Shown here piece by piece: positions 29,100-38,951 of a stretch of 55,934 nucleotides of DNA. Origin of the DNA: Oscillospiraceae bacterium (GTDB taxonomy: Bacteria > Bacillota > Clostridia > Oscillospirales > CAG-272); contig SVUB01000001.1 of NCBI GenBank assembly GCA_015063495.1, positions 1 to 55,934 of the forward strand, in the 5' to 3' direction. The notes beneath the pieces are model-generated. The model had not been told where the DNA came from. It ran no database searches and was given only the letters and a program-made list of their open reading frames with translations. Numbering within the stretch: the stretch's first letter is position 1; the number at the start of each line of letters is the position of its first letter. The translations under genes and the position numbers were made by a program.

Positions 29100-29723
29100 T
29101 CAGCTGTTTTTCATTATTATCTGCTCTGCCATATCGGCAACGTGCTCACACTTGTCACAGCACTTCTCAAGAGTATCGTAAAGTGCTGTCCAGGAAGCGA
29201 TGGCAACCGGGTCCTTCTCCTCGGTATAGAGCTTACGGAGTGCCGCAATGTAAAGACGGTCTCCCTCTTCCTCAAGATGGTTTATCTCAACAATACTTGA
29301 CTTGAGTGTCTCGGACTTCTTAAAATTGGGAAGCTCCTTTGCCATGTTTTCAAGCGCCTTACATCCTCTTTCGATTACCGATGCGAAATCAATAGCATCG
29401 GGGCGAAGCGCGGTGATATTAAACATATACATACGGCGAAGAACGTCCTCAACGCAGTCTGTAACATCGTCAACTGTGTGAGAAAATTCAACGATATCCT
29501 CACGCTCAATAGGGGGAAGAAACTCTTTAACAAGACGAGCCATCATCTCGTGCTTGAGCATGTCTGCATTATGCTCGATCTCGTGCATTTCATCCATCTG
29601 TGCCTCGAGCTTCTCCGCATCGTAATTTTCGAGGCACTGCTTGAGCAGTACTGCAGCATCGCTTGCGAATGAAAGCCCCTTAGTAAAGGTATCAAAATAG
29701 TAGTTATTTTCCTTTTTAGCCAT
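29100..29723 (-). CDS. DUF47/PhoU-like phosphate-transport regulator (Pit accessory protein)
   Basis: All-helical ~207-aa protein (NYYFDTF..., EHxAD-type repeats MHEIEHNADMLKHE and CDKCEHVADMAE) immediately downstream of a PiT transporter. Start at ATG 29723 (RBS AAAGGAGAA). Confidence 0.8.
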   Translation of the reverse strand: MAKKENNYYFDTFTKGLSFASDAAVLLKQCLENYDAEKLEAQMDEMHEIEHNADMLKHEMMARLVKEFLPPIEREDIVEFSHTVDDVTDCVEDVLRRMYMFNITALRPDAIDFASVIERGCKALENMAKELPNFKKSETLKSSIVEINHLEEEGDRLYIAALRKLYTEEKDPVAIASWTALYDTLEKCCDKCEHVADMAEQIIMKNS

Positions 29724-29740
29724 GATATATTCTCCTTTAA

Positions 29741-30793
29741 TTAAAATAGCCACATAAACAGCTTAGCCATAAGAAAACCGATAATTCCGCATCCCGGGAA
29801 GGTAAGCACCCAAGTGAGCACCATTTCCTTTACCACGCCCCAGTTGACGTTTGAGAGTCTGCGAGCAGCACCAACACCCATTATTGCAACGGTCTTTGTG
29901 TGAGTGGTAGAAACGGGGATACCCGTAAGTGAGGAAAGAAGCAGACAGCCTGCTCCCGCAAGGTCTGCGGCAAAGCCCTGGTACTTTTCCATCTTGACCA
30001 TATCCATACCGACCGATTTTATGATTCTGTAACCGCCAATAGAGGTTCCAAGTCCCATAACGGCACTGCAGAGCACCATAAGCCATATCGGAATAGTGAA
30101 ATTACTTACGCCCGACTGACCGTTTGCAAGGAAAATGCCAAGCATGAAAACGCCCATGAATTTCTGTCCGTCCTGAGCACCGTGCATAAACGCCATTGCC
30201 GCACCGCCAAGGATCTGACCGCCCTTAAAGAATCCTGCGGTCCTACGCCTATCTATGCCCTTGAATATCAGCTCGATAGTCTTTACTACTACCCAACCGA
30301 AAGCAAATCCGAGAAGAGTTGAGAGGAACAGACCGTAGATGACCTTTATCCACTCGCTTCCGTTTATACCGTCGAAGCTTCCGTGAAGAGCTATTGCAGC
30401 ACCCGAAAGACCGGCTATGAGTGCGTGGCTCTCACTTGTAGGTATTCCAAACCACCAAGCCGCCGTTGCCCAAAGAACTATCGCAAAAAGTGCTGCGCAG
30501 AGCGCAACGAGCGCCTCTTTGCTGTCTCCGCCGAAGTCTACCATATTGTAAATGGTAGCCGCAACGCTTGAATTGACCATAGTCATCACGAAAACGCCGA
30601 GGAAATTGAAAACCGCCGCCATAAGTATAGCCGCTTTCGGCGACATAGACTTTGTTGAAACGCAGGTTGCTATAGCGTTCGGTGCATCAGTCCATCCGTT
30701 TACAAGCACGACTCCGAGAGTCAGTAGCACCGTTATCGCAAGAACAGGATTTGAGACAAGCTGTGACAGAAAATCAGGTAAATTTATCGTCAT
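29741..30793 (-). CDS. pit: inorganic phosphate transporter, PiT family
   Basis: Polytopic protein with the duplicated PiT signature GWTDAPNAIAT / GAQDGQKFMG ...VSTTHT. Start at ATG 30793 (RBS GGAGGAAA). Confidence 0.9.
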   Translation of the reverse strand: MTINLPDFLSQLVSNPVLAITVLLTLGVVLVNGWTDAPNAIATCVSTKSMSPKAAILMAAVFNFLGVFVMTMVNSSVAATIYNMVDFGGDSKEALVALCAALFAIVLWATAAWWFGIPTSESHALIAGLSGAAIALHGSFDGINGSEWIKVIYGLFLSTLLGFAFGWVVVKTIELIFKGIDRRRTAGFFKGGQILGGAAMAFMHGAQDGQKFMGVFMLGIFLANGQSGVSNFTIPIWLMVLCSAVMGLGTSIGGYRIIKSVGMDMVKMEKYQGFAADLAGAGCLLLSSLTGIPVSTTHTKTVAIMGVGAARRLSNVNWGVVKEMVLTWVLTFPGCGIIGFLMAKLFMWLF

Positions 30794-30851
30794 ATAATTT
30801 CCTCCGAGAAGAATATCCAATTAGTATGTGTAAGCACATCCATTACAAATC

Positions 30852-30880
30852 ATTATACCACTATAAAATATTTTTGTCAA
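30852..30880 (-). promoter_or_regulatory. consensus sigma-A promoter of the pit operon
   Basis: Minus strand: TTGACA (30880-30875), 17 nt, TGgTATAAT (-10 at 30857-30852). Confidence 0.6.
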
Positions 30881-30974
30881 TCGAAAATTTACAACATTTA
30901 TCTCGAATTCTCATTTTTGTCGATATATACAAAAAATGGCTCCGCATGATATGCAGAGCCGTTTTTTTCAATAT

Positions 30975-32120
30975 TTAATTGAGTATATTTGCGCTGTTGA
31001 GAACAAGGGTACTGTAAAGGAACAGTACGTCCGCATTTTCGAAATCAATGCCGTATACGGGAGCCATCATAGAAAGGAGATTGCTCTGTACGTAACGGAT
31101 ATCAAGAAGAGTTACCTTTGAATATCCCTCAAGAAGAAGGGGGGCTATGCTGCTTCCGAATGAATCACGGAAAATGATAAGCTCCTTATCCGTCTCTGCA
31201 TCAGGGTTTTCAATAGTAGCGATCGATATTGCACCCGAGAGGAACATCTCATATGGGTCCTTGCCGTATGCCTTATCCATATTGTAAACGGTAGACTCCA
31301 TAGGCTTTCCTGTAAGAGGATGCGATACTGTCACCTTGCAGTTATTAAGAGCATCACTCGTAAGATACTTTATCGTATCGGGAGCGAGAGGAAGCGCCGC
31401 CTGACCGTAATAAACGCCGTAGAAGGGATTGTCAAGCGTGTTCTCCTTATACTCCGTGCCCGTCTGGGCGCCCATTGAGGCAAGCAGATGAGCAGCAACG
31501 TCCTTTATATTTTCCTGCTTCCAGTGAGTATCTGTCTTGTAGTAATCCTCTATCTCAAGAAGTCCGAAAATGTCGATATATTCGGCAAAATCGGTATCAG
31601 ACTTAAGATCGTTTACAAGCTTATTATAGTCAAGAACGGGATATCCGTTCTCCTCGGCAAGAAAATAGTTCTTATCGGGGATTATCGAAAGATAGACGTT
31701 GTCTGTCTTGCCCTCAAGGTAAGTCTTATAGATATAATTAAATCTGTTGCCTGCGTGAGCTATCATACTGTCCTTTAGAGGATATTCAAGCTTTGAGGCA
31801 TATCCGTCGCTTATATATATATTGTTATTGTCCTTTTGCAGGATAACGTAGTTTGCAAACAGAGCCTTAAGTGTTCTGAATGAGTCTCTGAACGGGAACG
31901 AATCAACTGCATAGTCCTCAAATTTAGACATGAAGCTGTTGCCGTATTCCACACCGTCCTTCATAACGCTCTCAAACGTAAATTCGGGGAAGGCAGCGGG
32001 TTCTCGTCTTTCTGCGTCAAGGAAATCGTCCTTTGGCATAAAGAAACAAAGAGCCGAAAGACCGAAGAGGAGAATTGCCATCGATACGCAAACTACAATA
32101 TTTTTTATTTTTGTATTCAT
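30975..32120 (-). CDS. DHHW-family / AlgJ-AlgX-type SGNH-like O-acyltransferase partner protein
   Basis: N-terminal TM anchor and the YYKTDTHW motif (the DxHW catalytic motif of AlgJ/AlgX/PatB-like proteins). It lies directly downstream of an MBOAT gene. Start taken at ATG 32120 (RBS GGAGGTG). Confidence 0.7.
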   Translation of the reverse strand: MNTKIKNIVVCVSMAILLFGLSALCFFMPKDDFLDAERREPAAFPEFTFESVMKDGVEYGNSFMSKFEDYAVDSFPFRDSFRTLKALFANYVILQKDNNNIYISDGYASKLEYPLKDSMIAHAGNRFNYIYKTYLEGKTDNVYLSIIPDKNYFLAEENGYPVLDYNKLVNDLKSDTDFAEYIDIFGLLEIEDYYKTDTHWKQENIKDVAAHLLASMGAQTGTEYKENTLDNPFYGVYYGQAALPLAPDTIKYLTSDALNNCKVTVSHPLTGKPMESTVYNMDKAYGKDPYEMFLSGAISIATIENPDAETDKELIIFRDSFGSSIAPLLLEGYSKVTLLDIRYVQSNLLSMMAPVYGIDFENADVLFLYSTLVLNSANILN

Positions 32121-32133
32121 TACAGCACCTCCA

Positions 32134-33534
32134 TCAGAATCTGAAATAAAGGAACGGACTGAACGAGCCGTCAACAAGATATGAAACCGCCACAAGGAAT
32201 ACCGAGATTATAAAAATAGGTTCTATTATATTAACTATCTTACCTGTCTTTTCAGAGGTAGAAAGCTTTATCGCAGTACTCTTAACGATAGGTGTTGCAC
32301 CTACTATCGCAATAAGGAAGATAACTGCATAGCTCTGCAGATGGTATAGTATCTCAGTAGTTGCAAGGGGAATATCACCCACACCGAACATTCCTCCGAT
32401 ATAAACGAAGGCTTCCTTCATGTCGGTTGCATTGAATACCACGAAGCTGAGCACTGCCGCAAGCAGCGTGTAAACGTGACAGAGAACCTTGCTCTTCTCA
32501 AGATATTTTAGCGTAAAAAACTTTTCTATGAGAAGGAGTACTCCGAAAAAGAGTCCCCAGATGATAAAATTCCAAGCCGCGCCGTGCCAGAATCCCGTAA
32601 GGAACCAGACGACGAAGATGTTAAAAACGTGGCGAAGCTTTGAAACTCTGTTTCCGCCGAGCGGTATATAAACGTAATCACGGAACCAAGAGCCGAGCGA
32701 CATATGCCAGCGGCGCCAGAACTCTGTCGCACTCTTTGAAATGTAGGGATAATTGAAGTTCTCAAGGAACTTAAAGCCGAACATCTTTCCAAGGCCTATC
32801 GCCATATCACTGTATCCGGAGAAGTCGAAATAGATATAAAGAGCTACCGAGATGCCGTATACCCAATAAAGGAGCACTGACTTCTCATCGGTATTTCTTA
32901 AAATATCGCCAAGCTGGCTGAGCCTGTCCGCAATAAGGATCTTCTTGCCAAAGCCGATGACAAAGCGGCGAATTCCCTCTGCGACCTTATCAATGCTGTG
33001 TGTTCTCTCTTTAAGCTCTGCCGCAACGTCAACGTAACGGACGATAGGGCCTGCTATAAGCTGAGGAAACATGGAAACGTAAGCCGCAAGGTCAATAAGG
33101 TTCTTCTGTGCAGGAACTCCACGGTAAACGTCGATAACGTAGCTTATAGTCTGGAAGGTATAGAAGCTGATACCGACAGGAAGAGTTATCTGAAGAAAAT
33201 CTATGCTGCTTCCCGTTAGTTTATTGAAGTTATCAATAAAGAAGTTGGTATACTTGAAGTAAAGCATAAATGCGAGTATAGAGGTAACGGCAAGCCACAT
33301 AAAAGCAAGGCTTATCCTCTTCTTCTCACGGAATTTTTCAATAAGAAGTCCAAAGGTATATCCTATAAAAATCGCCGCAACCATAAGAAGCGCATACTTT
33401 ACTCCGCCCCAGGCATAGAAAATGAGGCTGAATATAAGAAGAACGGCATTCTTAAGTTTAAAAGGCACCGCAAAGTAAAGGATCATAAATGCGGCAAAGA
33501 AATAAAACAGATAAGTTATACTCGAAAAGAGCAA
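32134..33534 (-). CDS. MBOAT-family membrane-bound O-acyltransferase (AlgI/DltB/PatA-like)
   Basis: 466 aa and polytopic. Motifs ATEFWRRWHMSLGSWFRDYVYIPLGGNR and FLxTGFWHGAAWNF include the conserved MBOAT His. Confidence 0.9.
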   Translation of the reverse strand: MLFSSITYLFYFFAAFMILYFAVPFKLKNAVLLIFSLIFYAWGGVKYALLMVAAIFIGYTFGLLIEKFREKKRISLAFMWLAVTSILAFMLYFKYTNFFIDNFNKLTGSSIDFLQITLPVGISFYTFQTISYVIDVYRGVPAQKNLIDLAAYVSMFPQLIAGPIVRYVDVAAELKERTHSIDKVAEGIRRFVIGFGKKILIADRLSQLGDILRNTDEKSVLLYWVYGISVALYIYFDFSGYSDMAIGLGKMFGFKFLENFNYPYISKSATEFWRRWHMSLGSWFRDYVYIPLGGNRVSKLRHVFNIFVVWFLTGFWHGAAWNFIIWGLFFGVLLLIEKFFTLKYLEKSKVLCHVYTLLAAVLSFVVFNATDMKEAFVYIGGMFGVGDIPLATTEILYHLQSYAVIFLIAIVGATPIVKSTAIKLSTSEKTGKIVNIIEPIFIISVFLVAVSYLVDGSFSPFLYFRF

Positions 33535-33618
33535 GTTTTCACCTCATTTCCGGAATTTCAAAAAAAGCGGCGGACACGGCATTGCCGAGCCCGCCGTAAT
33601 GTGCGAGTCTTATTAAGA

Positions 33619-34305
33619 TCAGCCTTCGATAACCGCCTTGAATGCGTTTACGAATTCATCCTTCTGCTCAGCAGTAAAGCCGCCCATCTCACCGTCAACA
33701 ACAAGCATATTGAAGTATACAACGTTGCCTACGTTCTCGCAAACAACAGTGTTTGCAGATGTGCAGATGTTCCATCTCATATCGCAGTTCTCTGTAAGGA
33801 ATGTCTTGAACGCCTCAACGTCAGCACCCTCTTCGAGAGTGAATATGTAGCCAATGAAAGGTGCGCCCATCATACCGGGATAAAAGGAATATGCCTCGGT
33901 GTAGCCTGTGGGAGCGGTTGTGAAGCCCTGGAGCAACTCTGCACCTGCCTCAACAGGCTCGATCATGATCTGGTAGCTAATGTACTCCTCGTATGTCATC
34001 TCCTCAACGTCGTCCATAGCCATGTACTCGTCGTAGGAAGCACGCATACCTGCGAACTCAGCATACTTTTCCATAACTGCCTTTGCAGCAGCCTCAAGAG
34101 CGGAACCCTCTGTTTCGCCATCAACTGCATCTGTGTCAACTGTAGTATCAACATCGGTGTCTGTAGCTGTGTCCTCGGTTGTGTCAACTGTTGTGTCAAC
34201 AACAGCGTCTGTGTCTGTATCCTTACCGTCAGTATTGGTGTTACCGCAGGATACAACAGCGAATATCATCATCGCTGCAAGAATGAGTGCAAGAATCTTT
34301 TTCAT
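33619..34305 (-). CDS. lipoprotein with Thr/Asp-rich linker, function unknown
   Basis: Lipobox MKKILALILAAMMIFAVVSC|G, followed by ~50 aa of low-complexity D/T/V repeats and then a ~150-aa globular domain. Confidence 0.7.
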   Translation of the reverse strand: MKKILALILAAMMIFAVVSCGNTNTDGKDTDTDAVVDTTVDTTEDTATDTDVDTTVDTDAVDGETEGSALEAAAKAVMEKYAEFAGMRASYDEYMAMDDVEEMTYEEYISYQIMIEPVEAGAELLQGFTTAPTGYTEAYSFYPGMMGAPFIGYIFTLEEGADVEAFKTFLTENCDMRWNICTSANTVVCENVGNVVYFNMLVVDGEMGGFTAEQKDEFVNAFKAVIEG

Positions 34306-34410
34306 AATAAATTCTCCTTTGAATTTTGCTTTTTTTCGGAAGTTTTCTGTCTTCCCCTACCCATAGACGCAGGGAAAAGAAAAATGTTCCCGAAATTTTT
34401 TATTTTTTCA

Positions 34411-34442
34411 CAAAAACAGAAGCCGCCAAATTTTGACGGCTT
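34411..34442 (-). terminator. intrinsic terminator of tRNA-Thr
   Basis: Minus strand: AAGCCGUCAAA-AAGCCGUCAAA/UUUGGCGGCUU hairpin followed by a U-rich tract. A U.G pair forms only on the minus-strand RNA. Confidence 0.6.
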
Positions 34443-34459
34443 ATGTTTATTGCTTACAA

Positions 34460-34535
34460 TGGAGCTACTAATCAGATTCGAACTGATGACCTCGTCATTA
34501 CCAATGACGTGCGCTACCTGCTGCGCCATAGTAGC
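34460..34535 (-). tRNA. tRNA-Thr (anticodon GGU), CCA encoded
   Basis: Hand-folded cloverleaf with a 7-bp acceptor GCTACTA/TAGTAGC, a 4-bp D-stem GCGC/GCGC and a 5-bp anticodon stem CGTCA/TGACG. The anticodon loop is TTGGTAA. The T-arm is ATCAG-TTCGAAT-CTGAT, followed by discriminator T and CCA. Confidence 0.9.
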
Positions 34536-34555
34536 AAAATTGCTCAACGTATGGT

Positions 34556-34584
34556 ATTTTAACACATAACATAACGTTTGTCAA
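34556..34584 (-). promoter_or_regulatory. sigma-A promoter of tRNA-Thr
   Basis: Minus strand: TTGACA (34584-34579), 17 nt, TAAAAT (34561-34556). The tRNA 5' end lies about 14 nt downstream of the expected TSS. Confidence 0.6.
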
Positions 34585-34602
34585 TAGTTTTTCAAAATTT
34601 TA

Positions 34603-34631
34603 TTGACAAAGCAAAAAAAATATGCTATAAT
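34603..34631 (+). promoter_or_regulatory. consensus sigma-A promoter of the valS T-box leader
   Basis: TTGACA (34603-34608), 17 nt, TATAAT (34626-34631). Confidence 0.7.
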
Positions 34632-34637
34632 TCCATC

Positions 34638-34895
34638 GTAAACGCAATGACGGGAAGTAGTAGTCGTAAAATTTTGCATCCAGAGAGTGGGGAACGGTGG
34701 AAGCCCTGCGGCAAAAAGCGATGAAGTAGTCCCCGAGCGGTCTCCGTGAACGGAATTTTCACTTATTAGCGGCGAACGGGTTCTCCCGTTAAAGAGAAGC
34801 TGTATAAAAGTACAGATAAAGAGCGTGCCTCGGCACGAAATCAGGTGGTACCGCGCTTCTGCGTCCTGAAAAAGGATGCGGGGCGTTATTTTTTT
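34638..34895 (+). promoter_or_regulatory. T-box riboswitch leader (tRNA-Val-responsive) with terminator
   Basis: AGAGA box (34682-34686) and a specifier region GAA-GUA-G (GUA at 34727-34729, with GUC adjacent; both are Val codons). The T-box sequence is AAATCAGGTGGTACCGCG (GGTGGTACCGCG at 34844-34855). A terminator hairpin and T-run follow (34852-34895), directly upstream of valS. Confidence 0.9.
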
Positions 34896-34929
34896 ACATT
34901 TTATTATAATAGCAGGAGGCTAAAGCATA

Positions 34930-37575
34930 ATGAACATGACCGAACTCTCAAAGACCTATGCACCAAAAGAATTCGAAGACAGAATTTATAAGGATTGGTG
35001 TGATAAGGGTTATTTTACACCCGACGTGTCGGATAATAAGCCCCCATTCTCGGTGGTAATCCCCCCTCCGAACGTAACGGGTCAGCTTCATATGGGACAT
35101 GCACTTGACGAAACTCTGCAGGACATTCTTGTCCGCTACAAGAGAATGCAAGGCTTCAGCACCCTTTGGGTACCCGGCACCGACCACGCAGGAATTGCAA
35201 CACAGATAAAGGTAGAGGAGCAGCTCAGAGTAAACGAGGGCCTCACCCGCTATGACCTCGGCAGAGAAAAGTTCCTAGAGCGTGTTTGGGCATGGAAGGA
35301 GCAGTATGGCGGACGTATTATCAGCCAGCTCAAAAAGCTCGGTGCATCCTGCGACTGGACAAGAGAACGCTTCACTATGGACGAGGGCTGCTCAAAGGCA
35401 GTGCGTGAGGTTTTTGTTAACCTTTATAATAAGGGACTTATATACAGAGGTAACCGTATAATCAACTGGTGTCCTCACTGCATCACTGCTCTCTCGGACG
35501 CAGAAGTAGAATATTCCGAGCAGAACGGTCACTTCTGGCACCTTAAATACCCGATAAAGGGCGAGGACGGCTACGTTGAGATAGCTACTACCCGTCCCGA
35601 GACGATGTTCGGTGATACCGCCGTTGCAGTAAACCCCGAGGATGAGAATACAAAGCACCTTATCGGAAAGACTCTCATTCTGCCGCTTGTCGGCAGAGAG
35701 CTTCCCGTTATTGCCGACGACTACGTTGAGATAGGCTTCGGTACGGGCTGCGTTAAGATAACTCCCGCTCACGACCCCAACGACTTCCTTGTAGGTCAGA
35801 GACACGGTCTTGAGCAGATAAGAGTTATGAATGACGATGCTACTATGAACTCATATGCAGGCAAGTATGAGGGATTGGACAGATACGAATGCCGCAAGGC
35901 ACTTGTAGCCGACCTTGAAGCAGAGGGATACCTTATAAAGACCGTTCCTCATGCACATAACGTAGGCACCTGCTACCGTTGTCATAACACAGTCGAGCCG
36001 CTCACTTCAAATCAGTGGTTCGTTAAGATGGAGCCTCTCGCAGGACCTGCTCTCGAGGTCGTTTACGACGGCAGAGTAAAATTTGAGCCTGAGCGCTTCA
36101 CAAAGACTTATACCAATTGGATGGAAAACGTACACGATTGGTGCATTTCCCGTCAGCTCTGGTGGGGTCACAGAATCCCTGCCTTCTACTGCGATGCTTG
36201 CGGTGAGATGACGGTATCAAAGGAAGATATCACCGCCTGCCCGAAGTGCGGTGCACCCGTAAGACAGGAAAACGACGTGCTTGACACCTGGTTCTCCTCG
36301 GCACTTTGGCCCTTCTCCACTATGGGATGGCCCGAGCAGACCGCAGAGCTTGCAAAGTATTACCCCACAAGCGTTCTCGTCACCGGATACGATATCATAT
36401 TCTTCTGGGTAGCAAGAATGGTATTCTCGGGTATGGAGCATATGGGCAAGGAGCCCTTCTCTACTGTATTCATTCACGGTCTTGTGCGTGATGCACAGGG
36501 CAGAAAGATGTCAAAGTCTCTTGGCAACGGTATAGATCCGCTTGAGATAATCGACAAATACGGTGCAGATGCTCTCCGCTTTGCACTTGCAACGGGTAAC
36601 TCCCCCGGAAACGATATGCGCTTCTCGGACGAGAAGATAGAAGCGGCAAGGAACTTTGCAAATAAGCTCTGGAATGCCTCCCGCTTCGTCCGTATGAACC
36701 TCACTATCGACAAGGTAGTCCTTCCCGATGAGAAGGATCTCGCTCTTGAGGATAAGTGGATTCTGAAAAAGCTCAACGAGCTTACAGAGACTGCCACAAA
36801 GGCACTCGATTCCTACGAAATAGGCGTTGCCCTCTCGGCCATATACGACTTTATCTGGGACGTTTTCTGCGATTGGTATATTGAAATTTGTAAAATTCGC
36901 CTTTCAGATGAAAAAAATGGGAACAATCTTGTAGCTCAGAACGTCATATCTTATGTACTCACCGTGGCGCTTAAGCTTCTGCATCCCTTTATGCCCTTTA
37001 TCACCGAGGAGATCTATCAGTCGCTTCCTCATGATGATGAGAGCATAATGATCAGTCAGTATCCTGCTCCGAGAAAAGAATTTGACTTTGCCGCAGACGC
37101 AGAGAAGATGGAACGTCTCATCGCCGCTATAAGAGCTATAAGAGCTCGCAGAAACGAGATGAATATCGTTCCCTCGCGTAAAGCAAAGGTCTATATCGCT
37201 ACAAAATACAGTGATTCCTTTAATGAAAACACGTCCGTATTCTTTAACCGTCTTGCATCGGCTTCTGAAGTCGAGATAGCTGAATCATTTGATGCTTCGG
37301 TTATCTCCGCTGACGACGCAGTGCAGATAATTACCGATGCGGCAACTATCTTCCTCCCCCTCTCTGACATTATCGACGTTGAGAAAGAGAAGGAAAAGCT
37401 TTCGGGCGAGCTTAAGAAGACCGAGGGCGAGATAGCAAGACTTGAAGGCAAACTTTCAAATGAAGGCTTTGTCGCAAAGGCTCCTGCGACGGTAGTCGAA
37501 GGCGAAAAGGAAAAGCTGGCTAAGTACAGAGAAAAGCTCGAAGGAATAAAGCAGGCACTCGCAAAGCTGTCGTAA
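34930..37575 (+). CDS. valS: valine--tRNA ligase ValS
   Basis: 881 aa with the class I HIGH motif ([15 protein letters not shown]), KMSKS (RKMSKSLGN) and a C-terminal coiled-coil. Confidence 0.97.
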   Translation: MNMTELSKTYAPKEFEDRIYKDWCDKGYFTPDVSDNKPPFSVVIPPPNVTGQLHMGHALDETLQDILVRYKRMQGFSTLWVPGTDHAGIATQIKVEEQLRVNEGLTRYDLGREKFLERVWAWKEQYGGRIISQLKKLGASCDWTRERFTMDEGCSKAVREVFVNLYNKGLIYRGNRIINWCPHCITALSDAEVEYSEQNGHFWHLKYPIKGEDGYVEIATTRPETMFGDTAVAVNPEDENTKHLIGKTLILPLVGRELPVIADDYVEIGFGTGCVKITPAHDPNDFLVGQRHGLEQIRVMNDDATMNSYAGKYEGLDRYECRKALVADLEAEGYLIKTVPHAHNVGTCYRCHNTVEPLTSNQWFVKMEPLAGPALEVVYDGRVKFEPERFTKTYTNWMENVHDWCISRQLWWGHRIPAFYCDACGEMTVSKEDITACPKCGAPVRQENDVLDTWFSSALWPFSTMGWPEQTAELAKYYPTSVLVTGYDIIFFWVARMVFSGMEHMGKEPFSTVFIHGLVRDAQGRKMSKSLGNGIDPLEIIDKYGADALRFALATGNSPGNDMRFSDEKIEAARNFANKLWNASRFVRMNLTIDKVVLPDEKDLALEDKWILKKLNELTETATKALDSYEIGVALSAIYDFIWDVFCDWYIEICKIRLSDEKNGNNLVAQNVISYVLTVALKLLHPFMPFITEEIYQSLPHDDESIMISQYPAPRKEFDFAADAEKMERLIAAIRAIRARRNEMNIVPSRKAKVYIATKYSDSFNENTSVFFNRLASASEVEIAESFDASVISADDAVQIITDAATIFLPLSDIIDVEKEKEKLSGELKKTEGEIARLEGKLSNEGFVAKAPATVVEGEKEKLAKYREKLEGIKQALAKLS

Positions 37576-37622
37576 GCATTGAGTTTATGGCCACGGAAAT
37601 TAAAATTTCGGAGGACAAAACT

Positions 37623-38645
37623 ATGAAAAAAGCAAGAAACACTAGGAAAGCTCTATCTCTTTTACTCGTTCTATGCCTTACTCTCGCTGCGCTCGTTTCC
37701 TGCGGTGCTTCGGTTAAGGACTTCAGCGGAAGCGCATCGAACGACGCAGCCTATGAGAAAGAGATAGGATATGCCCCGGGTGCTGACGGATCTGATTTCT
37801 TCTACACCTACGTAGAAAAGGATGAGATGTACGCCCCGACCGAAAACGAATCGGTAACGCTGGATGCGAGCACCGCAACTGCACCCGATCCGCTTGCAGG
37901 ACGCAAGATAATAAAGACAGTGAACGTCGTAGCCGAGACAAAAAGCTTTGACAGCGCTCTCGCTTCTATTGAGTCACAGGTCGATTCTCTTGGCGGTTAC
38001 ATTCAGTCCTCGAACGTTTACGGCAACAGTCTCGAGAACAAGCACTCGGGCTACCGCCGTGCAAGCTATACTCTCCGTATTCCAGCAGAGCATCTTGACT
38101 ACTTTATGAGCACGGTCGGGGATCTGCTGAATATCACAAGCTCAAAGACCGGCGTAAACGATATCACCGACACCTACGTCGATATAGAAGCAAGACTGAC
38201 TGCCCTGAAAACAGAGGAAGCAAGACTTCTTGAGCTTCTTTCACAGGGTAAAAATCTCTCCGATATCATAACAGTCGAGGAGAGACTCTCAAACGTCCGT
38301 TACGAGATAGAGAGCTACACCGCAAGGCTCCGTGGATATGATACACTCGTTGCTTTCTCAACTGTAAACCTTGAGATTTCCGAGGTTATCGATTACACGC
38401 CCGAGCCGATAAAGGACCCCTCTTTCGGTGAGCGTCTTGGAAAGGCTCTCGGCGAAGGCTGGGAGGATTTCACCGACGGCTGGAAGGATTTTACGGTAGG
38501 ACTTGCTTATGCACTTCCCTCTCTTATCCTCTTTGCAGTATTCGTTCTTGCGATAGTTATTGTCATAACCGTGGCAGTTAAGCGTTCAAGAAAGCGCCGT
38601 GTACAGATTCCTACCTCTAAAGAAAACAATGAACAGCCTAAATAA
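37623..38645 (+). CDS. DUF4349-like lipoprotein with coiled-coil and C-terminal TM
   Basis: Lipobox LTLAALVSC|G, a central coiled-coil (IEARLTALKTEEARLLELL) and a C-terminal TM. Start at ATG 37623 (RBS GGAGGA). The family name is from memory. Confidence 0.6.
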   Translation: MKKARNTRKALSLLLVLCLTLAALVSCGASVKDFSGSASNDAAYEKEIGYAPGADGSDFFYTYVEKDEMYAPTENESVTLDASTATAPDPLAGRKIIKTVNVVAETKSFDSALASIESQVDSLGGYIQSSNVYGNSLENKHSGYRRASYTLRIPAEHLDYFMSTVGDLLNITSSKTGVNDITDTYVDIEARLTALKTEEARLLELLSQGKNLSDIITVEERLSNVRYEIESYTARLRGYDTLVAFSTVNLEISEVIDYTPEPIKDPSFGERLGKALGEGWEDFTDGWKDFTVGLAYALPSLILFAVFVLAIVIVITVAVKRSRKRRVQIPTSKENNEQPK

Positions 38646-38652
38646 ATAAAAA

Positions 38653-38690
38653 AGAGCCGCAGGCACATTCGTACCTGCGGCTCTTTTTTG
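38653..38690 (+). terminator. intrinsic terminator after the valS/DUF4349 unit
   Basis: AGAGCCGCAGG-cacattcgta-CCTGCGGCTCT followed by TTTTTT. Confidence 0.8.
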
Positions 38691-38861
38691 CGGTCTTGGT
38701 TACAGAGTGCTAATTTCATGTAAAAGTGATTACGCACAGAATAAAGCTGAAAAAATGTGTAAATGATTATCGGTGAGAGCTAAAAAGCCCCTTATATATA
38801 AGTTAATGATGTGTTTTTGGCGATATTTACAGTTCGTTAATAAAATATCCCATAATTCTTA

Positions 38862-38890
38862 TTGACAAAAAGTGATTTGTGTGGTAAATT
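38862..38890 (+). promoter_or_regulatory. sigma-A promoter of the hrcA-grpE-dnaK-dnaJ operon
   Basis: TTGACA (38862-38867), 17 nt, TGgTAAATT (-10 at 38885-38890), immediately upstream of CIRCE. Confidence 0.7.
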
Positions 38891-38901
38891 TTAAGTGTTG
38901 T

Positions 38902-38928
38902 TTAGCACTCGGTGACATTGAGTGCTAA
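38902..38928 (+). promoter_or_regulatory. CIRCE operator (HrcA binding site)
   Basis: Perfect consensus TTAGCACTC-N9-GAGTGCTAA. Confidence 0.95.
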
Positions 38929-38951
38929 AATATGATCGGGAGGCAAGTAAA

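Noticed and set aside
34120-34270. Repetitive GAC/ACN-rich stretch, considered as a tandem repeat or CRISPR-like array
   Set aside because: These are imperfect short codon repeats encoding the Asp/Thr/Val-rich linker of the lipoprotein. There is no repeat-spacer periodicity.
33601-34569. 322-aa + strand ORF spanning the lipoprotein gene and the tRNA-Thr
   Set aside because: It is antisense to a well-supported lipoprotein (lipobox, RBS) and runs straight through a tRNA gene and its terminator. The Cys/Val/Asn-rich translation has no features.
38705-38713. Isolated GAGTGCTAA (CIRCE right half-site) ~190 nt upstream of the real CIRCE
   Set aside because: No TTAGCACTC partner lies 9 nt upstream, so it is a single half-site that may occur by chance or as a relic.
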